A DNA stretch of 63,896 nucleotides, filler included. It is 8 parts of 8 records of this genome, joined end to end, with 100 filler letters (N's around TTAATTAATTAA, not from the genome) between each part and the next. Parts side by side here need not be neighbours in the genome. Positions count along the whole stretch, not along the records: positions 44,562 to 51,779 come from SRR20825010_843; positions 51,880 to 60,341 come from SRR20825010_845; 6 more parts are not named here. One strand, given 5' to 3'. The position numbers were made by a program, and so were the translations under genes. This document shows positions 48,303 through 60,341 of this stretch, in pieces. Under the pieces are notes generated by a model that worked only from the letters and a program-made list of their open reading frames with translations, was not told where the DNA came from and did no database searches. Each line of letters starts with the position of its first letter. Position 1 is the first letter of the stretch.

Positions 48303-51297
48303 GGAACATCAAATAGAAGAAAATCTGATTGAGCAACTCAAAGAGCTCAAATACACCTACCGTTCTGATATTACGGACAGGAAAGCGCTTGAACAAAACT
48401 TCAAAACGAAATTTGAGGCATTGAACCGTGTACGCTTATCGGAGAGTGAATTTTTACGCTTACGAGAAGAAATTATCGAACCTGATGTTTTTGCTGCTTC
48501 TAAAAAACTTAGAGAAAGACAGTATTTTCAAAGAGAAGATGGAACTCCACTGCATTACACTTTGGTCAACATCAAAGATTGGTGTAAAAATGAATTTGAA
48601 GTCATCAGTCAATTACGCATCAATACAGAAAACAGCCATCAGAGGTATGACATCATTCTTCTTATTAATGGACTACCAGTAGTTCAAATTGAATTGAAGA
48701 AGCTGGATGTTTCACACCGTAAAGCCATGCAGCAAATTGTGGATTATAAAAATGATCCTGGCAATGGTTATACCAATACGTTGATGTGTTACATGCAGTT
48801 GTTCATTGTGAGCAATGGGTCAAGAACTATTTATTTCTCCAACAATAAGAATCAGCACTTTCAATTCAATGCAGATGAACAATTCCTACCTGTGTATGAA
48901 TTGGCAGATGTTGAGAACAAAAAAATCAATAACCTCAATCTTTTTGCTGAAAAGTTCCTTGCTAAGTGCACACTTGGCGAAATGATTAGTAAGTACATGG
49001 TATTAGTAGAAAGCGAACAGAAATTGCTCGTGATGCGACCATACCAAGTTTACGCTGTAAAAGCTATTGTGGATTGCATTAAGGATAATCGTGGAAACGG
49101 TTATATCTGGCACACCACAGGGAGTGGTAAAACGCTGACTTCATTTAAAGCCTCTACGCTACTAAAAGACAATGCGGATATTGAAAAATGTCTGTTTGTA
49201 GTTGACCGAAAAGACCTTGACCGTCAAACGCGTGAAGAGTTCAATAAATTTCAGGAAGGTAGTGTAGAAGAAAATACCAATACTGAAACCTTAGTAAGAC
49301 GATTACTTTCTACCGATTATGCTGACAAGGTAATTGTTACCACCATTCAAAAATTAGGCATTGCATTAGATAGCACCTACAAGAAAAACTACAAAGAGCG
49401 TTTAGAGCCGTTGAGCGACAAACGAATCGTTTTCATTTTTGACGAGTGCCACCGTTCACAGTTTGGTGAAAATCATAAAGCGATAAAAGAGTTCTTCCCC
49501 AATGCACAATTGTTTGGATTTACAGGAACGCCCATTTTTGAGCAAAATGCCACTTATAGACAAATAACAGGTGAAGAAGAAACATTAAAAACCACAGACG
49601 CCATTTTTGAAAAGCAGTTGCACGCTTATACCATTACACATGCCATAGATGATAGAAACGTGCTTAAGTTTCATATTGACTATTTTAAGGGTGAAGGAAC
49701 TGTAAATGCTAAACCAGGAGAAGCAATTGCCCAACAAGCCGTTGCAGAAGCGATTATCGACAAACACAATGCAGCTACCAATCAACGCAAATTCAATGCG
49801 GTGTTGGCAACTGCCTCTATCAATAATGCCATTGAATACTTTCGTTTGTTCAAAACCATTCAGGAACGAAAGAAAAGTGAGGATGAAGATTATGTTCCGC
49901 TCAATATCGCTTGTGTATTTTCTCCACCCGCTCAGTTAATTGCACAGAATGGTGACCAACAAAGCCAAAAAAATGCTGCTGACATTAAGCAGCTTCAGGA
50001 AGATTTAGCGCAGGAGAAAGAAGACAACAAGCAAAATCCTGAAGAGAAGAAACAAGCCCTGATAGAAATCATAGCCGATTATAACCAACAGTTTGGCACC
50101 AATCACGACATCAATAATTTTGATATCTACTATCAGGATATTCAAAGACGCATCAAAGACCAGAAATTCACCAATAAGGACTATCCGCACAAAAACAAAA
50201 TTGATATCACCATAGTGGTAGATATGTTGCTCACAGGTTTTGATTCCAAATACTTGAATACGCTGTATGTGGACAAGAACCTGAAATACCACGGATTGAT
50301 TCAGGCATTTTCACGAACCAATCGGGTATTGAACGACACCAAGCCTTACGGGAATGTACTCGATTTCCGTTCGCAACAAGAAGCAGTAAATCAAGCCATA
50401 ACCCTCTTTTCTGGTGAAGATGGAGGCAAAGCCAAAGAAATTTGGATGGTGGATCCTGCTCCAGTGGTGATTGACCAATACCAAAAGGCAGTGGAAGCTT
50501 TAGGCGATTTTATGAAAGAACACAACTTGGTAAATGAACCTCAAGAAGTGTACAATCTGCGTGGTGATGCTGCGAAGGTTGCTTTCGTAAAAAACTTTAA
50601 GGAAGTGCAACGCCTAAAAACCCAACTCGACCAATACACCGATTTAGATGAAAAGCAGCAAGAAGCTATTGAAGCCATTCTACCGAAAGACAATTTACAA
50701 GAGTTTAGAAGCTCGTACTTAGAAACCGCCAAGCAACTACGTGAGATACAGCAAAAAGAAGGTGGTGGTGCACCCGAAGACATTCAACAATTAGATTTTG
50801 AGTTTGTACTCTTCGCTTCTGCGGTGATTGACTACGATTACATCATGAGCCTGATTGCCGACAGCACACAACAAAAGCCATCTAAACAAAAAATGTCCAA
50901 ATCTCAGGTGATTAGTTTGCTTAAATCCAACTCTAACCTAATGGAAGAAGAGGAAGACTTGACAGACTATATCAACAGTTTGGATTGGGAAAGTGGAAAA
51001 GATGTAGATGCACTCCGCCAAGGTTATGAAATCTTCAGAGTCGAGAAATACGACAAAGAGTTGGCTAAGATTGCAGGCGACCATGGATTGCAAACAGCGT
51101 CCTTAAAAGCCTTTGTAGAGAAGATTATGAACCGAATGATTTTTGACGGAGAAAAGCTCACTGACCTGATGGAACCCTTGGAACTGGGTTGGAAACAACG
51201 TAGTAAAGCAGAAATAGCCTTGATGCAGGACTTGGCACCCCAATTAAAAAAGCTTGCCCAAGGGCGTGAAATTTCAGGATTAGCAGCGTATGAGTAA
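48295..51297 (+). CDS. hsdR: Type I restriction endonuclease subunit R
   Basis: YDIILLINGLPVVQIELKK nuclease motif, HTTGSGKT, DECHR, GFTGTP, MLLTGFD, QAFSRTNR. Confidence 0.95.
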   Translation: MTKEHQIEENLIEQLKELKYTYRSDITDRKALEQNFKTKFEALNRVRLSESEFLRLREEIIEPDVFAASKKLRERQYFQREDGTPLHYTLVNIKDWCKNEFEVISQLRINTENSHQRYDIILLINGLPVVQIELKKLDVSHRKAMQQIVDYKNDPGNGYTNTLMCYMQLFIVSNGSRTIYFSNNKNQHFQFNADEQFLPVYELADVENKKINNLNLFAEKFLAKCTLGEMISKYMVLVESEQKLLVMRPYQVYAVKAIVDCIKDNRGNGYIWHTTGSGKTLTSFKASTLLKDNADIEKCLFVVDRKDLDRQTREEFNKFQEGSVEENTNTETLVRRLLSTDYADKVIVTTIQKLGIALDSTYKKNYKERLEPLSDKRIVFIFDECHRSQFGENHKAIKEFFPNAQLFGFTGTPIFEQNATYRQITGEEETLKTTDAIFEKQLHAYTITHAIDDRNVLKFHIDYFKGEGTVNAKPGEAIAQQAVAEAIIDKHNAATNQRKFNAVLATASINNAIEYFRLFKTIQERKKSEDEDYVPLNIACVFSPPAQLIAQNGDQQSQKNAADIKQLQEDLAQEKEDNKQNPEEKKQALIEIIADYNQQFGTNHDINNFDIYYQDIQRRIKDQKFTNKDYPHKNKIDITIVVDMLLTGFDSKYLNTLYVDKNLKYHGLIQAFSRTNRVLNDTKPYGNVLDFRSQQEAVNQAITLFSGEDGGKAKEIWMVDPAPVVIDQYQKAVEALGDFMKEHNLVNEPQEVYNLRGDAAKVAFVKNFKEVQRLKTQLDQYTDLDEKQQEAIEAILPKDNLQEFRSSYLETAKQLREIQQKEGGGAPEDIQQLDFEFVLFASAVIDYDYIMSLIADSTQQKPSKQKMSKSQVISLLKSNSNLMEEEEDLTDYINSLDWESGKDVDALRQGYEIFRVEKYDKELAKIAGDHGLQTASLKAFVEKIMNRMIFDGEKLTDLMEPLELGWKQRSKAEIALMQDLAPQLKKLAQGREISGLAAYE

Positions 51298-51779
51298 GGA
51301 TAAATTAATACCAGAGTTACGTTTTCCTGAGTTTGAGAAGGCTGATAGATGGAAAGAAAATGACATAGGAAAGCTATTCAAATTTAAACAAGGTGTTCAA
51401 GTTGCTGTTGAAAATCAATATCCCATTCAAAAAGACGGGATGGTTCGTTTTATTAGAATAATTGACATTACAAGCGATTCAGAAGCACCTAGATATATTG
51501 AAAATCCTGGTCAAGATCATCTAATCGAAAAGAATGACCTTTTCATGATTAGATATGGGACTCCTGGTTTAATCTCTATGGGTTTTAGTGGTGTAATTGC
51601 AAATAACCTTTTTCGATTAATTTGGAATAATGGCCAACATTTTGTTGCAGAATATTGGTTTTACTCATTTCAAAATTTAGAGAAAACCGTCTATAATTTA
51701 TCGGGTTCGTCTTCAATGCCTGCTATTAGTTTTTCTACTCTAGACAATCTGAATGTTCGTTTTCCAAATAATCCCCAAG
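51290..51779 (+). CDS. hsdS: Type I R-M specificity subunit S (3'-truncated)
   Basis: PELRFPEF start, TRD-like region, GSSSMPAI; overlaps the hsdR stop. Confidence 0.88.
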
Positions 51780-51879
51780 NNNNNNNNNNNNNNNNNNNNN
51801 NNNNNNNNNNNNNNNNNNNNNNNTTAATTAATTAANNNNNNNNNNNNNNNNNNNNNNNNNNNNNNNNNNNNNNNNNNNN

Positions 51880-53367
51880 CTTGAAGTCCATGTCGCCGAG
51901 GTGATCTTCATCACCGAGGATATCGGACAGGACCGCATAGCGACCGTCTTCTTCCTTCACCAGCCCCATGGCAATACCGGCCACCGGCGCGGTCAGCGGC
52001 ACACCCGCGTCCATCAACGCCATGGAGGTACCACACACGGACGCCATGGAAGACGAACCGTTGGACTCGGTGATCTCGGAAACCACACGAACCGTGTAAG
52101 GGAAATCCTGCACGCTCGGTACAACCGCTTCCACACCACGACGTGCCAAACGGCCATGGCCGATTTCACGACGCTTCGGAGAACCAATAAAGCCGGTTTC
52201 GCCCACACAGTACGGAGGGAAGTTGTACTGCAGCATGAAGTGATCCTGGCGGGACCCTTCCAGTGCATCGATAAACTGGGCATCACGCATGCCACCCAGA
52301 GTCGCGGTCACGATAGCCTGGGTTTCACCACGGGTGAACAACGCAGAACCGTGAGTCTTGGAGAGGGTGCCGACCTGACAATCGATCGCACGAACCGCAT
52401 CCAGAGCACGGCCATCGATACGCGGCTTGCCGGATACCACGGCTTCACGCACCACGCTCTTCTCAATCTTGCCGAACAGTTCTTTCACTTCGCCGGCTTC
52501 AGGAGCACCTTCTTCGCCAGTGGCAAAGGCCTCAACACACGCATCGCGCAGCTCGCCAACCTTGGCGTAACGGGCCATCTTCTCGGTGATGGTGTAAGCC
52601 TCACCCAGTGCCGCGGCGAACTTGTCCTTGATGGCTGCTTTCAGGGTTTCGTTCTGCTCGGCCGGTTTCCAGTCCCAGGTTTCCGTGCCCACTTCGGCAG
52701 CGAACTCCTTGATGCCCTGGATCAGCGGCTGCATTTCCATATGACCGAACAATACCGCACCCAGCATCTGATCTTCAGACAGCTCCTGCGCTTCGGATTC
52801 CACCATCAGGACCGCAGGCTCAGTGCCGGCAACAACCAGATCCAGTGCAGATTCGGCCAGCTCGGAGTAGCTCGGGTTAAGAATGTACATGCCATCCTTG
52901 TAACCAACCCGTGCAGCGCCGATAGGACCATTGAACGGAATACCGGAAATGGACAGCGCCGCAGAGGTACCGATCAGGGCAGCGATATCCGGATCACGGT
53001 TCTTGTCAGAGGACATCACCGTAGCCACAACCTGTACTTCGTTCATGAAGCCTTTGGGGAACAGGGGGCGAATCGGGCGATCGATCAGGCGACAGGTCAG
53101 CGTTTCTTTTTCGCTGGGGCGGCCTTCTCGCTTCAGGAAGCCACCGGGGATGCGGCCGGTTGCGTAGGTCTTTTCCTGATAGTTAACGGTCAGGGGAAAG
53201 AAGTTCTGCCCTGGGTTGGCTTCTTTTCTGCCCACTACGGTGACCAGCACCTCGGTGTCACCGATACGGACCATGACCGCGGCAGTTGCCTGGCGGGCAA
53301 TCTGCCCGGTTTCCAGGGTGACGGTGTCACGGCCAAACTGAATTTGCTTGGTGATTTTATTAAACAT
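51880..53367 (-). CDS. pnp: Polyribonucleotide nucleotidyltransferase (3'-truncated)
   Basis: [51 protein letters not shown]. Confidence 0.97.
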
Positions 53368-53564
53368 ATCTCGTCTCTTCTCTCTTCTTCACGACAGTCT
53401 TCGAGGCCCATGCCTCTAATAAACAACTTTCTAAACAATCTTCTTTCGTTCGCGCATCATAACCAGAAACGCATCACGCATCACGCCCCCACGCTGCCAG
53501 GTAGCGGACCCTGCAACCATCCCAACACCGCCTTGTGAACGGGACATGATTTATTGCCTGCCCC

Positions 53565-53602
53565 AAAACAACAGAAGCCCGGCAAATGCCGAGCTTCTGT
53601 TG
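53565..53602 (-). terminator. Intrinsic terminator after rpsO
   Basis: AACAGAAGCCCGGCA-A-ATGCCGAGCTTCTGTT hairpin with a T-rich tail on the minus strand. Confidence 0.75.
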
Positions 53603-53624
53603 TGGTTACCCGATCTGCAGCCTG

Positions 53625-53894
53625 TTAGCGACGCAGACCCAGCTTTTCGATCAGCTGGAGGTAACGGGTGCGGTCTTTCTTGGCCAGGTAGTCCAGCAGC
53701 TTACGACGCTGGTTTACCATGCGGATCAGACCACGACGGCTGTGGTGATCCTTCTTGTGGCCTTTGAAGTGATCCTGCAGACCATTGATGTTGGCGCTCA
53801 GCAGAGCCACCTGAACTTCCGGGGAACCGGTGTCGTTCTCTTTGCGGCCATGCTCTTTCAGGATCTCAGCTTTCTGTTCAGCGGTTAACGCCAT
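53625..53894 (-). CDS. rpsO: 30S ribosomal protein S15
   Basis: [26 protein letters not shown]. Confidence 0.98.
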   Translation of the reverse strand: MALTAEQKAEILKEHGRKENDTGSPEVQVALLSANINGLQDHFKGHKKDHHSRRGLIRMVNQRRKLLDYLAKKDRTRYLQLIEKLGLRR

Positions 53895-53975
53895 GTTGCT
53901 TCTCCAATATGCTCAATTAAGGTCACGGCCAGCCATGCATATTTATAGCTGCCGTCATTAATCAGGCCAGTCTCC

Positions 53976-54902
53976 TCAGGAGGCTCCGCCTGCGATCAGA
54001 CGACGGGGGGCAATCCGCCCGTCTTCCAATACTTCTCCGACACCCAGAAACTCACCGCTGGATGCCTGATAAACGCTGACCCAGCCGTCCAGAGGACGGT
54101 CTGAGGCCATCACTGGCTGCCCCTGCTGCAGGTAATAAGCAGCATTGTCACCCAATTCAACGCGCGGCCAGTCTGCCACGCTGGTAGATAAAGGCAAGAG
54201 CAGCTCGTCGATTGCCTCGACCCCGCCGGTTTCCTTGATCTTGCCCAGCTGCTCCAGAGTCAGCATGCGCTCCGACGGATAAGGCCCGGCCGACAGACGG
54301 TGCAGCGCCGTTACATGGCCACCACAGCCCAATATCGCACCGGTATCTTCCACCAGAGAGCGTACATAGGTGCCCTTGGAGCAATCCACCTCGAATTCCA
54401 CCTCATCACCATCGATGCGCAAAATTCGCAGGTCGTAAATGGTCACCGGCCGCGGCTTGCGCTCCACGGTCTTGCCCTCGCGGGCCAGCTTGTACAGCGG
54501 CACACCCTCGTGCTTGATGGCCGAATACATGCTGGGGATCTGTTCGATATCGCCCTTGAACGACAGCAAAGCAGCCTCGATCTGGTCTGGCGACGCGGTC
54601 ACGTCGGTGGTTTCCACCACATCACCGTCGGCGTCACCGGTTTCCGTAGTCACACCCAGCTTGGCAGTGACCCGGTAACTCTTGTCGGATTCCAGCAAAA
54701 ACTGGCTGAACTTGGTGGCTTCACCAAAACAAATCGGCAACATGCCGGTGGCCAGCGGATCCAGACTACCGGTATGCCCCGCCTTGGCAGCGGCAAACAT
54801 TTTCTTGGCCATTTGCAGCGCGCCGTTACTGCTCACGCCAGACGATTTATCCAATAGCAGGATGCCGTTGAGATCACGGCCTCTGGGACGACGCTTTGCC
54901 AC
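53976..54902 (-). CDS. truB: tRNA pseudouridine(55) synthase
   Basis: GHTGSLDPLATG, PSMYSAIK, CSKGTYVRSL. Confidence 0.97.
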   Translation of the reverse strand: MAKRRPRGRDLNGILLLDKSSGVSSNGALQMAKKMFAAAKAGHTGSLDPLATGMLPICFGEATKFSQFLLESDKSYRVTAKLGVTTETGDADGDVVETTDVTASPDQIEAALLSFKGDIEQIPSMYSAIKHEGVPLYKLAREGKTVERKPRPVTIYDLRILRIDGDEVEFEVDCSKGTYVRSLVEDTGAILGCGGHVTALHRLSAGPYPSERMLTLEQLGKIKETGGVEAIDELLLPLSTSVADWPRVELGDNAAYYLQQGQPVMASDRPLDGWVSVYQASSGEFLGVGEVLEDGRIAPRRLIAGGAS

Positions 54903-54916
54903 CTGACAGCTCCGAG

Positions 54917-55330
54917 TTACTCGTTGTTTCCGGTTTCGTCGTCTTCCGGACGCAGCACCCGGTCTTCGGCACGGGCATCATCAATCAACTGCGACAGATG
55001 TGCCGCCCGCTCCGGGGTCATGTCGTAATGGAAACGCAATTTGGGGGTAGTGCGGGTATTGAGGCTCTTGGCCAGGCTACTGCGCAGGAAGCCGCTGGCC
55101 TTGACCAGCGCTTCTTCGGCTTCCGCGCCGGCTTCCTCGCCCTGCCCCAGCAAGGTGAAGTACACCTCGGCATAGGACAGGTCCCGGGAAACCGTCACAT
55201 CCTGAATCGTCGCCAGATTGACCCGCGGGTCTTTCATTTCAAACTGCAGCAACCGCGACAGTTCACGCTGAATCTGATCAGCAATACGGTCGGTGCGGTT
55301 AAAGCCCTGGGGGCGGCGATGACGGCTCAT
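54917..55330 (-). CDS. rbfA: Ribosome-binding factor A
   Basis: RIADQIQREL, KDPRV, VSRDLSYA, TPKLRF. Confidence 0.95.
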   Translation of the reverse strand: MSRHRRPQGFNRTDRIADQIQRELSRLLQFEMKDPRVNLATIQDVTVSRDLSYAEVYFTLLGQGEEAGAEAEEALVKASGFLRSSLAKSLNTRTTPKLRFHYDMTPERAAHLSQLIDDARAEDRVLRPEDDETGNNE

Positions 55331-55352
55331 AAAAGGGTTCGGGCACACTCCT

Positions 55353-58055
55353 TTACAGGAAGCGCGCCACCTCCTTCACTTCGAAGACTTCGATCTTGTC
55401 GCCTTCTTTCACGTCGTTGTAGCTCTTCACCGCGATGCCACACTCCATGCCGTTACGCACTTCAGGCACATCGTCCTTGAAGCGACGCAGGGATTCCAGC
55501 TCGCCTTCGAAGACCACTACATCGTCGCGCAGAACGCGGATCGGACGGTTCCGGTACAACGTACCTTCCACCACCATACAGCCGGCAACAGCACCGAACT
55601 TGGAAGAACGGAACACGTCGCGCACCTGAGCCACACCAAGGATCTCTTCGCGTTTTTCCGGCGCCAGCAAACCACTCATGGCCTGCTTCACATCGTCAAT
55701 CAGCTCATAAATCACGCTGTAGTAACGCAGGTCGATGCCTTCCTGCTCGCAGGTTTTCTTGGCCTTGGAATCTGCACGAACGTTAAAGCCCAGCAACACA
55801 CCTTCACTGGTCATGGCCAGGTTAACGTCGGATTCGTTGATCGCACCAACGCCGCTGGAGACCAGATTCACCTTCACTTCATCGGTGCCCAGATCATTCA
55901 GGGCACTGGTCAGCGCTTCCAGTGAACCGCGCACATCGGTCTTCAACACGATGTTGACGGTCTTGGTTTCTGCGCTGCCCATATTTTCAAACAGGTTTTC
56001 CAGTTTGGATGCCTGTTGACGCTTGAGCTTGAGCTCACGGTCACGTTCCTGACGGAATTCGGCCACTTCCCGCGCTTTACGCTCGTCGGTCACAACCTGG
56101 ATCTGTTCACCGGCTTCCGGTGCGCCATTCAGGCCCAACACTTCCAGCGGAATAGACGGGCCAGCTTTTTTGATTGGCTTGCCATTCTCATCGATCATCG
56201 CCCGCACACGGCCAAAGTGAGCACCGGCCAGCAGCATGTCACCGATCTGCAGCTCACCACCTTGAACCAGGATGGACGCAACGGTACCGCGACCTTTCTC
56301 GATACGGGACTCGATGACCACACCAGTGGCTGAACCAGACGCCTGAGCCTGCAGCTCCAGCAATTCAGATTGCAGCAGAATGGCATCCAGCAGATCATCG
56401 ATGCCTTGGCCAGTATGGGCCGACACATTAATGAACTGGTACTCGCCACCCCACTCTTCCGGGATCACATCCTTGGTCGCCATCTCGTTACGCACGCGAT
56501 CAGGATCCGCCTGTTCTTTATCGATCTTGTTGACCGCAATAATGATCGGCGCACCGGATGCTTTCGCGTGGTTGATCGCTTCTTCGGTTTGCGGCATCAG
56601 GCCATCATCGGCCGCCACCACAATCACCACGATATCGGTGGCTTTGGCACCACGGGCACGCATGGCGGTAAAGGCCGCGTGACCGGGAGTATCGAGGAAG
56701 GTAATCATGCCCTTCTCGTGCTCGACGTGGTACGCACCAATGTGCTGGGTAATGCCGCCCGCTTCACCGCTTGCCACCTTGGCTTTACGGATATAGTCCA
56801 GCAGGGAAGTCTTACCGTGGTCCACGTGGCCCATGATGGTAACAACAGGAGCACGGTGCTCGGAATCCACGCTGTCACGGGTAACCAGATCCGCGGCCAG
56901 ATGATCTTCAAGCAGCTCTTCCTGCCCTTTGCTGGCAATGGGCTTGTGCCCCATCTCTTCCACCAGCAGGAAGGCGGTTTCCTGATCGATCGGCTGATTA
57001 ACCGTGACCATCTCGCCCATCTTCATCAGGGACTTGATCAGCGACTTGGCCTTGACGTTCATACGCTGGGCCAGGTCGGTCACAGTAATAGTATCTGGAA
57101 CTTCGACTTCGTAGATTTTCTTCTCCGTCGGCGTTTTAAAGCCATGCTGCTTGTTCATGGAGCTCTTCATCTTGCCGTGCACAACACCCGCAACCTTGGG
57201 TTTGCGACGACGACGGCGAGACTGACGCTCTTCACGCTGATAGCTGGCTTCCTGGGCAGCATTAACGATGGACGAACCCTTGTCCTTTTCGTCTTCCGCA
57301 GCAGGCTTTTTCTCTTCCTGCTCGCCACGCTTTTCCAGTTCTGCCGCAATGCGGGCCGCTTCTTCGGCCGTGCGGCGAGCAGCTTCTTCTTCCGCTTTCT
57401 TGCGAGCTTCCGCTTCCTGTTTGCGCTTGGCTTCGTCAGCTTCACGCTGCTTGCGCTCGGCTTCTTCGCGCTTGGCTTTTTCTTCCGGCGTTTCTTCCTT
57501 GGCTGGTTTCTTGGTTGCAGAAACCTTTGGCACAGAAACGCGCTTACTCTTTTCTTCCGCCGCTTTTTCGCCGGCAGCCTTGCGTTCCTGCTCAGCTTTG
57601 GCGCGGGCTTCGTCTTCCTTCAACCGTGCCGCTTCATCATCCGCAGCACGTTTCGCGGCCTCTTCTGCCGCGCGTTTCTCTTCTTCCGCAGCACGCGCAG
57701 CTTCTTCAGCCGCCAGGCGTTCTGCTTCTTCACGCTCTTCCGCTTCCAACACATCGCGTTTCACGTAGGTGCGTTTCTTGCGCACCTCCACGTTCACGGT
57801 CTTGGACTTGCCGGCAGCGCCGGTGGTCTTGATGGTGCTGGTGGATTTACGCTTCAGCGTAATTTTCTTTCCACTGCTTTCGTCCTGGGCACCATGAGAC
57901 TTGCGCAGATGCGCCAGTAGCTGCTGCTTCTGTTCATCGGAGACCACTTCGCTGGCATCGCCATGGGGCAACCCTGCGTCTTTCATCTGCGTGAGCAGCT
58001 TCTCGACGGGCGTCCCTACGATGTCGGCCAGTTTCTTTACGGTCGTTTCTGCCAT
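55353..58055 (-). CDS. infB: Translation initiation factor IF-2
   Basis: [31 protein letters not shown]. Confidence 0.98.
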   Translation of the reverse strand: MAETTVKKLADIVGTPVEKLLTQMKDAGLPHGDASEVVSDEQKQQLLAHLRKSHGAQDESSGKKITLKRKSTSTIKTTGAAGKSKTVNVEVRKKRTYVKRDVLEAEEREEAERLAAEEAARAAEEEKRAAEEAAKRAADDEAARLKEDEARAKAEQERKAAGEKAAEEKSKRVSVPKVSATKKPAKEETPEEKAKREEAERKQREADEAKRKQEAEARKKAEEEAARRTAEEAARIAAELEKRGEQEEKKPAAEDEKDKGSSIVNAAQEASYQREERQSRRRRRKPKVAGVVHGKMKSSMNKQHGFKTPTEKKIYEVEVPDTITVTDLAQRMNVKAKSLIKSLMKMGEMVTVNQPIDQETAFLLVEEMGHKPIASKGQEELLEDHLAADLVTRDSVDSEHRAPVVTIMGHVDHGKTSLLDYIRKAKVASGEAGGITQHIGAYHVEHEKGMITFLDTPGHAAFTAMRARGAKATDIVVIVVAADDGLMPQTEEAINHAKASGAPIIIAVNKIDKEQADPDRVRNEMATKDVIPEEWGGEYQFINVSAHTGQGIDDLLDAILLQSELLELQAQASGSATGVVIESRIEKGRGTVASILVQGGELQIGDMLLAGAHFGRVRAMIDENGKPIKKAGPSIPLEVLGLNGAPEAGEQIQVVTDERKAREVAEFRQERDRELKLKRQQASKLENLFENMGSAETKTVNIVLKTDVRGSLEALTSALNDLGTDEVKVNLVSSGVGAINESDVNLAMTSEGVLLGFNVRADSKAKKTCEQEGIDLRYYSVIYELIDDVKQAMSGLLAPEKREEILGVAQVRDVFRSSKFGAVAGCMVVEGTLYRNRPIRVLRDDVVVFEGELESLRRFKDDVPEVRNGMECGIAVKSYNDVKEGDKIEVFEVKEVARFL

Positions 58056-58117
58056 GTCAGCAACACTCTCCTGTCCGTCTCTGATGGTGCCTGCTTGATC
58101 AGCCTGAAAAGGGGCAG

Positions 58118-59626
58118 TTATGCCCCGGCTTCGTCTTCGCCTTCAAACCAGGGCGCCCGTGCAGTCATGATCAACTCGGCTGCACGCTCTTCGCTCAGGC
58201 CTTCAATTTCCAGCAGGTCATCCACCGCCTGTTCGGCGAGGTCTTCCATCGTGACAATGCCACGGGAAGCCAATTCAACGGCCAGCTCACGGTCCATACC
58301 TTCCATGCGCAGAAGGTCTTCCGCAGGCTCGGCCTGTTCAAACTTCTCTTCAGAGACCAGGGCTTTGGTCAGCAGCGCGTCTTTGGCGCGCTGGCGCAAC
58401 AGCTCCACGATCTCTTCATCAAATCCGTCAATGGCCAGCATCTCTTCCTCGGGCACATAGGCCACTTCTTCGAGGGTAGAGAAACCTTCATCAACCAGCA
58501 CGCCCGCCACATCTTCGTCCACGTCCAGCTCATTGATGAACGTCTGCAGGGCCTGCTCCGCTTCTTCTTCCTGTTTGGTCTCAGCGTCATCAATGGTCAT
58601 GACGTTGAGCTCCCAGCCGGTCAGCTCGGAGGCCAAACGAATGTTCTGCCCGCTGCGACCAATGGCCTGTGCCAGTGCGGATTCGTCTTCCACGGCAATA
58701 TCCATGGAATGACTTTCTTCATCCATCACGATGGAGGCCACTTCCGCCGGCTGCATGGCGTTAATCACCAACTGCGCCGGGTTGTCGTCCCACAGGACGA
58801 TATCGATACGCTCACCCGCCAGTTCGTTGGACACCGCCTGAACACGCGCGCCGCGCATACCCACACAAGCACCCACCGGATCGATGCGCTGATCGTTGGT
58901 CTTCACGGCAATCTTGGCGCGGGAGCCGGGATCACGGGCGGCGCCCTTGATCTCGATCAGCTCTTCACCGATCTCCGGCACTTCAATCTTGAACAATTCG
59001 ATCAGCATGTCCGGGCAAGCACGGCTGGCGAACAGCTGCGGGCCACGGTTTTCTTCATTCACGCCCAACAGATAGGCACGAATGCGATCGTTCTGGCGAA
59101 CGGCTTCACGCGGGATCATGTGCTCGCGGGTAATCAGCGCTTCGGCATTACCACCGAGATCCAGAATAATGGAATCGCGGCTGGCTTTTTTCACTGTGCC
59201 GCTGACCAGATCACCGATGCGATCACGGTATTCTTCAACAATCTGACGGCGCTCGGCTTCACGTACCTTCTGTACGATAACCTGCTTGGCAGTCTGTGCA
59301 GCGATACGACCAAAGGCTTCGGATTCGACTTCCTCTTCCCAGATATCACCGATCTGCAGCGACGTATCCTGCTCGTGCGCTTCATCCAGAGTCAGCTGCT
59401 TGCCAAATTCGTAGAGCTCCTCGTCCGGCACCACGTGCCACACACGGAAACTCCTGGCATTGCCGGACACCCGGTCAATATCCACACGAATCTCTACGTC
59501 TTCTTGCTTGAAACGTTTCTTGGTGGCCGCCGCGAGCGCCAGTTCAATGGCCTCGAAGATTACGTCCCGGCTTACACCTTTCTCGTTTGATACTGTTTCC
59601 GCTACCAGCAGGATCTCTTTGTTCAT
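58118..59626 (-). CDS. nusA: Transcription termination/antitermination factor NusA
   Basis: [46 protein letters not shown]. Confidence 0.97.
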   Translation of the reverse strand: MNKEILLVAETVSNEKGVSRDVIFEAIELALAAATKKRFKQEDVEIRVDIDRVSGNARSFRVWHVVPDEELYEFGKQLTLDEAHEQDTSLQIGDIWEEEVESEAFGRIAAQTAKQVIVQKVREAERRQIVEEYRDRIGDLVSGTVKKASRDSIILDLGGNAEALITREHMIPREAVRQNDRIRAYLLGVNEENRGPQLFASRACPDMLIELFKIEVPEIGEELIEIKGAARDPGSRAKIAVKTNDQRIDPVGACVGMRGARVQAVSNELAGERIDIVLWDDNPAQLVINAMQPAEVASIVMDEESHSMDIAVEDESALAQAIGRSGQNIRLASELTGWELNVMTIDDAETKQEEEAEQALQTFINELDVDEDVAGVLVDEGFSTLEEVAYVPEEEMLAIDGFDEEIVELLRQRAKDALLTKALVSEEKFEQAEPAEDLLRMEGMDRELAVELASRGIVTMEDLAEQAVDDLLEIEGLSEERAAELIMTARAPWFEGEDEAGA

Positions 59627-59666
59627 GGCCAGGCCTTTACAAAGACTAAAGTTCTTCAGGGCGTGC

Positions 59667-60122
59667 TCAGTCGAAGCGAGGCTGCAACCGGGCACGATCT
59701 ACCTGACTGTAAGGAACACGCAAGGTTTCGCCATCCAGCTCAACCACCAGCGTATCGCCATCCACGGCCACAATGGCCGCCGTCATTTTGCGCTTGCCGC
59801 TTACCGGCGCCAGCAGCTTGAGCTGGACATCTTCACCGATGTAATCGACATACTGCGCAATTTCGAACATGGGCCGATCCATGCCCGGTGAAGACACCTC
59901 AAGGTTGTATTCACCGTTAATCGGATCTTCCACATCCAGCACGCCGCTGACTTCGTGACTCACGGCCGCGCAATTATCTACCGAGATACCGTCTGCATGG
60001 TCAATAAACACACGCAAAACAGCCCCGCGCCCCTGGATGTATTCAACACCCCAGAGCACGAAGCCCAGATCTTCCACTACCGGAGCCAGCAGCTCCGTTA
60101 ATTGTTCCGTGCGTTTTGACAT
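59667..60122 (-). CDS. rimP: Ribosome maturation factor RimP
   Basis: [24 protein letters not shown]. Confidence 0.95.
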   Translation of the reverse strand: MSKRTEQLTELLAPVVEDLGFVLWGVEYIQGRGAVLRVFIDHADGISVDNCAAVSHEVSGVLDVEDPINGEYNLEVSSPGMDRPMFEIAQYVDYIGEDVQLKLLAPVSGKRKMTAAIVAVDGDTLVVELDGETLRVPYSQVDRARLQPRFD

Positions 60123-60144
60123 AAAACTTTCCGACGGTACAAAC

Positions 60145-60215
60145 AAAAAATGGGCCCGAGGATGTCACAGCGATTGCAGCTTTGCTGCACAACGACCGTG
60201 TATCCACCGCCCATT
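60145..60215 (-). promoter_or_regulatory. rimP leader hairpin / attenuator-like structure
   Basis: AATGGGC...GCCCATT closing a ~67-nt stem-loop, followed by a U-tract on the minus strand, ~25 nt before the rimP ATG. Confidence 0.55.
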
Positions 60216-60244
60216 CCCACTAACCGGGTCGGTTTGCGGATAAC

Positions 60245-60271
60245 AAAAAGCCCCTGCTAGAGGGGCTTTTT
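60245..60271 (-). terminator. Intrinsic terminator after tRNA
   Basis: AAAAAGCCCCT-GCTAG-AGGGGCTTTTT. Confidence 0.85.
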
Positions 60272-60311
60272 GTCCGCTTTGAACCAGAGGTGTTTTTCTG
60301 GTTCATCTAAG

Positions 60312-60341
60312 TGGTAGCGGGGGCAGGATTTGAACCTACGA
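60312..60341 (-). tRNA. tRNA 3' fragment, probably initiator tRNA-Met (metY position)
   Basis: Minus strand TCGTAGGTTCAAATCCTGCCCCCGCTACCA (T-arm, acceptor, CCA) upstream of rimP; the anticodon is cut off by the linker. Confidence 0.85.

Noticed and set aside
51901-53538. 545-aa plus-strand ORF
   Set aside because: Antisense shadow of pnp produced by codon bias; no motifs.
53895-53975. S15 autoregulatory leader
   Set aside because: A GACGGCAGC/GCTGGCCGT stem is present on the minus strand, but the pseudoknot could not be verified by eye.
57330-57750. Low-complexity GCTTCTTC-type repeats
   Set aside because: They encode the normal Ala/Glu/Lys/Arg-rich IF-2 linker.
56370-57920. 516-aa plus-strand ORF
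   Set aside because: Antisense shadow of infB.
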